NCBI GenBank assembly: GCA_963662545.2
Contig: CAXXLL010000002.1
Span: 448,001-512,000, forward strand
Direction: 5' to 3'
Length of the DNA: 64,000 nucleotides
From: Gammaproteobacteria bacterium
Lineage (GTDB): Bacteria > Pseudomonadota > Gammaproteobacteria > Ga0077536
Shown here: piece by piece, positions 62,892 through 64,000 of the stretch
How the letters are laid out: each line of letters opens with the position of its first letter
How positions within the stretch are numbered: position 1 is the first letter of the stretch
Notes under the pieces: model-generated
What the model saw: the letters and a program-made list of their open reading frames with translations, nothing else
Told to the model about the DNA's origin: nothing
Databases searched by the model: none
Translations under genes and position numbers: made by a program

Positions 62892-63875
62892 ATGAGTACG
62901 ATATTGGAACGCAAGGTGGCGTGGCCGGCATTTCCGGCGATCAATCGCCGGGAACTCGAAACGGTTCAGGCAAATCTCGGTTACCGCTGTAATCAGGCAT
63001 GCAGTCATTGTCACGTCGACGCCGGACCCCAGCGAACCGAGATGATGGAACGGGATACCGTCGATCTCGTACTGCGGTTCCTCGCGTCCCAACGGGCGGT
63101 AACGCTGGACATCACCGGTGGCGCGCCCGAACTGAATCCGCATTTCCGCCATCTCGTGGCGCAAGCGAGTGCGACCGGCGCGCACGTCATTGATCGCTGC
63201 AATCTGACGGTCCTCGAGGAACCCGGCCAGGAGGATCTCGCTGCCTTTCTTGCAGCGCAGCGTGTTCACATCATCGCTTCCTTACCATGCTACACGCTCG
63301 AAAACGTCGATCGACAGCGCGGTAAGGGCGTGTTCGCGGGTAGTCTTCGCGGCATCGAGCGGCTCAATCGGGAAGGCTTTGGATGCGACGGTTCCGGGTT
63401 GATCCTGGACTTTGTCTACAATCCGGTGGGTCCTCGCCTGCCACCCGATCCCCAATCGTTAGAAGCCGAATACAAACGCGAACTCGGCCGCCTCGGCGTG
63501 AGTTTCAACAAACTTTTGACCCTCACCAACATGCCGATCAACCGGTTTCGGCACGAATTGATACGTACCGGTCAGCTCGACTCTTACATGGGTGTCTTGA
63601 TCGAAGCTTACGCGAAGCGGAATCTCGAACATGTGATGTGCCGCCGGCTTCTGAGCATCGACTGGCGTGGATTCGTTTACGATTGCGATTTCAACCAAAT
63701 GCTCGAGCTGCCGGCGGGCGGACACGATCGCATCCATTTGAGCGACCTCATGGATGCGTCGCTGACCGGGCGGGACATTGCAGTCGCATCCCATTGCTTC
63801 GGCTGCACGGCGGGCCGCGGAAGCAGTTGTTCGGGCGCGCTTACGGAACCTCTGAATAAGTCAAGATGCGTCTGA
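62892..63875 (+). CDS. arsS: ArsS-family radical SAM protein (DUF3641)
   Basis: CNQACSHCHVDAGP, DITGGAPE, IDRCNL, ASLPCY, YDCDFNQ, HCFGCTAG.GSSC.G. Confidence 0.85.
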   Translation: MSTILERKVAWPAFPAINRRELETVQANLGYRCNQACSHCHVDAGPQRTEMMERDTVDLVLRFLASQRAVTLDITGGAPELNPHFRHLVAQASATGAHVIDRCNLTVLEEPGQEDLAAFLAAQRVHIIASLPCYTLENVDRQRGKGVFAGSLRGIERLNREGFGCDGSGLILDFVYNPVGPRLPPDPQSLEAEYKRELGRLGVSFNKLLTLTNMPINRFRHELIRTGQLDSYMGVLIEAYAKRNLEHVMCRRLLSIDWRGFVYDCDFNQMLELPAGGHDRIHLSDLMDASLTGRDIAVASHCFGCTAGRGSSCSGALTEPLNKSRCV

Positions 63876-64000
63876 ATTGTTCCTGCAATGGTGCAGATCA
63901 AGGCACGAATCGCAGGCGATAGCGGGGACTATGGCTAAGGTTCGTAACGTAAGGCTCTGCGATTTCATGAGCAAGGCAGATGTGCCATGACTTATTCAGA
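63845..64000. mobile_element. MITE family A, copy 3 (opposite orientation, runs to the window edge)
   Basis: GGAACCTCTGAATAAGTCA...CCATGACTTATTCAGA; interior is the reverse complement of copies 1 and 2. Confidence 0.85.

Noticed and set aside
62892-63875. Selenoprotein form of ArsS or a full arsenosugar cluster
   Set aside because: The C-terminal motif has Cys (TGT), not TGA, and no arsM is in view.

Overview
The window is a GC-rich gammaproteobacterial chromosome segment. Its housekeeping backbone is tRNA-Pro, ispB, rplU-rpmA-obgE-proB, rpsT, murJ-ribF-lspA-ispH, a type IV minor pilin operon (fimT-pilVWX-Y1-E) and a Fur/Irr regulator. A decaying ~28.5 kb phage-satellite-like island (about 24202-52712) is integrated in tRNA-Thr(CGT), and unusually the element supplies the 5' half of the tRNA. 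The island has an AlpA/primase/DUF3987/TerS-like/xis/int module, with the integrase hit by two IS and the helicase carrying a nonsense codon. It also has a C4-type antisense element, a FimB/XerC-like recombinase, two near-identical ISNCY copies, an IS66 and a passenger-carrying IS1595. Its most notable cargo is a tight AT-rich four-gene cluster: a PRMT-like methyltransferase, a class III nucleotide cyclase-TPR protein with atypical specificity residues (IS-interrupted), an NspC-like PLP decarboxylase (frameshifted) and a DUF3326 protein. This cluster is my best candidate for an undescribed system. Other notable items are an archaeal-type F420-dependent Mtd, an FHA domain fused to an IS3 OrfA-like HTH, a His-rich RAPP-motif uORF in front of czcC, GGA-loop repeat arrays next to the tRNA, and several MITE families. 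All family calls come from motif recognition by eye; no searches were run.
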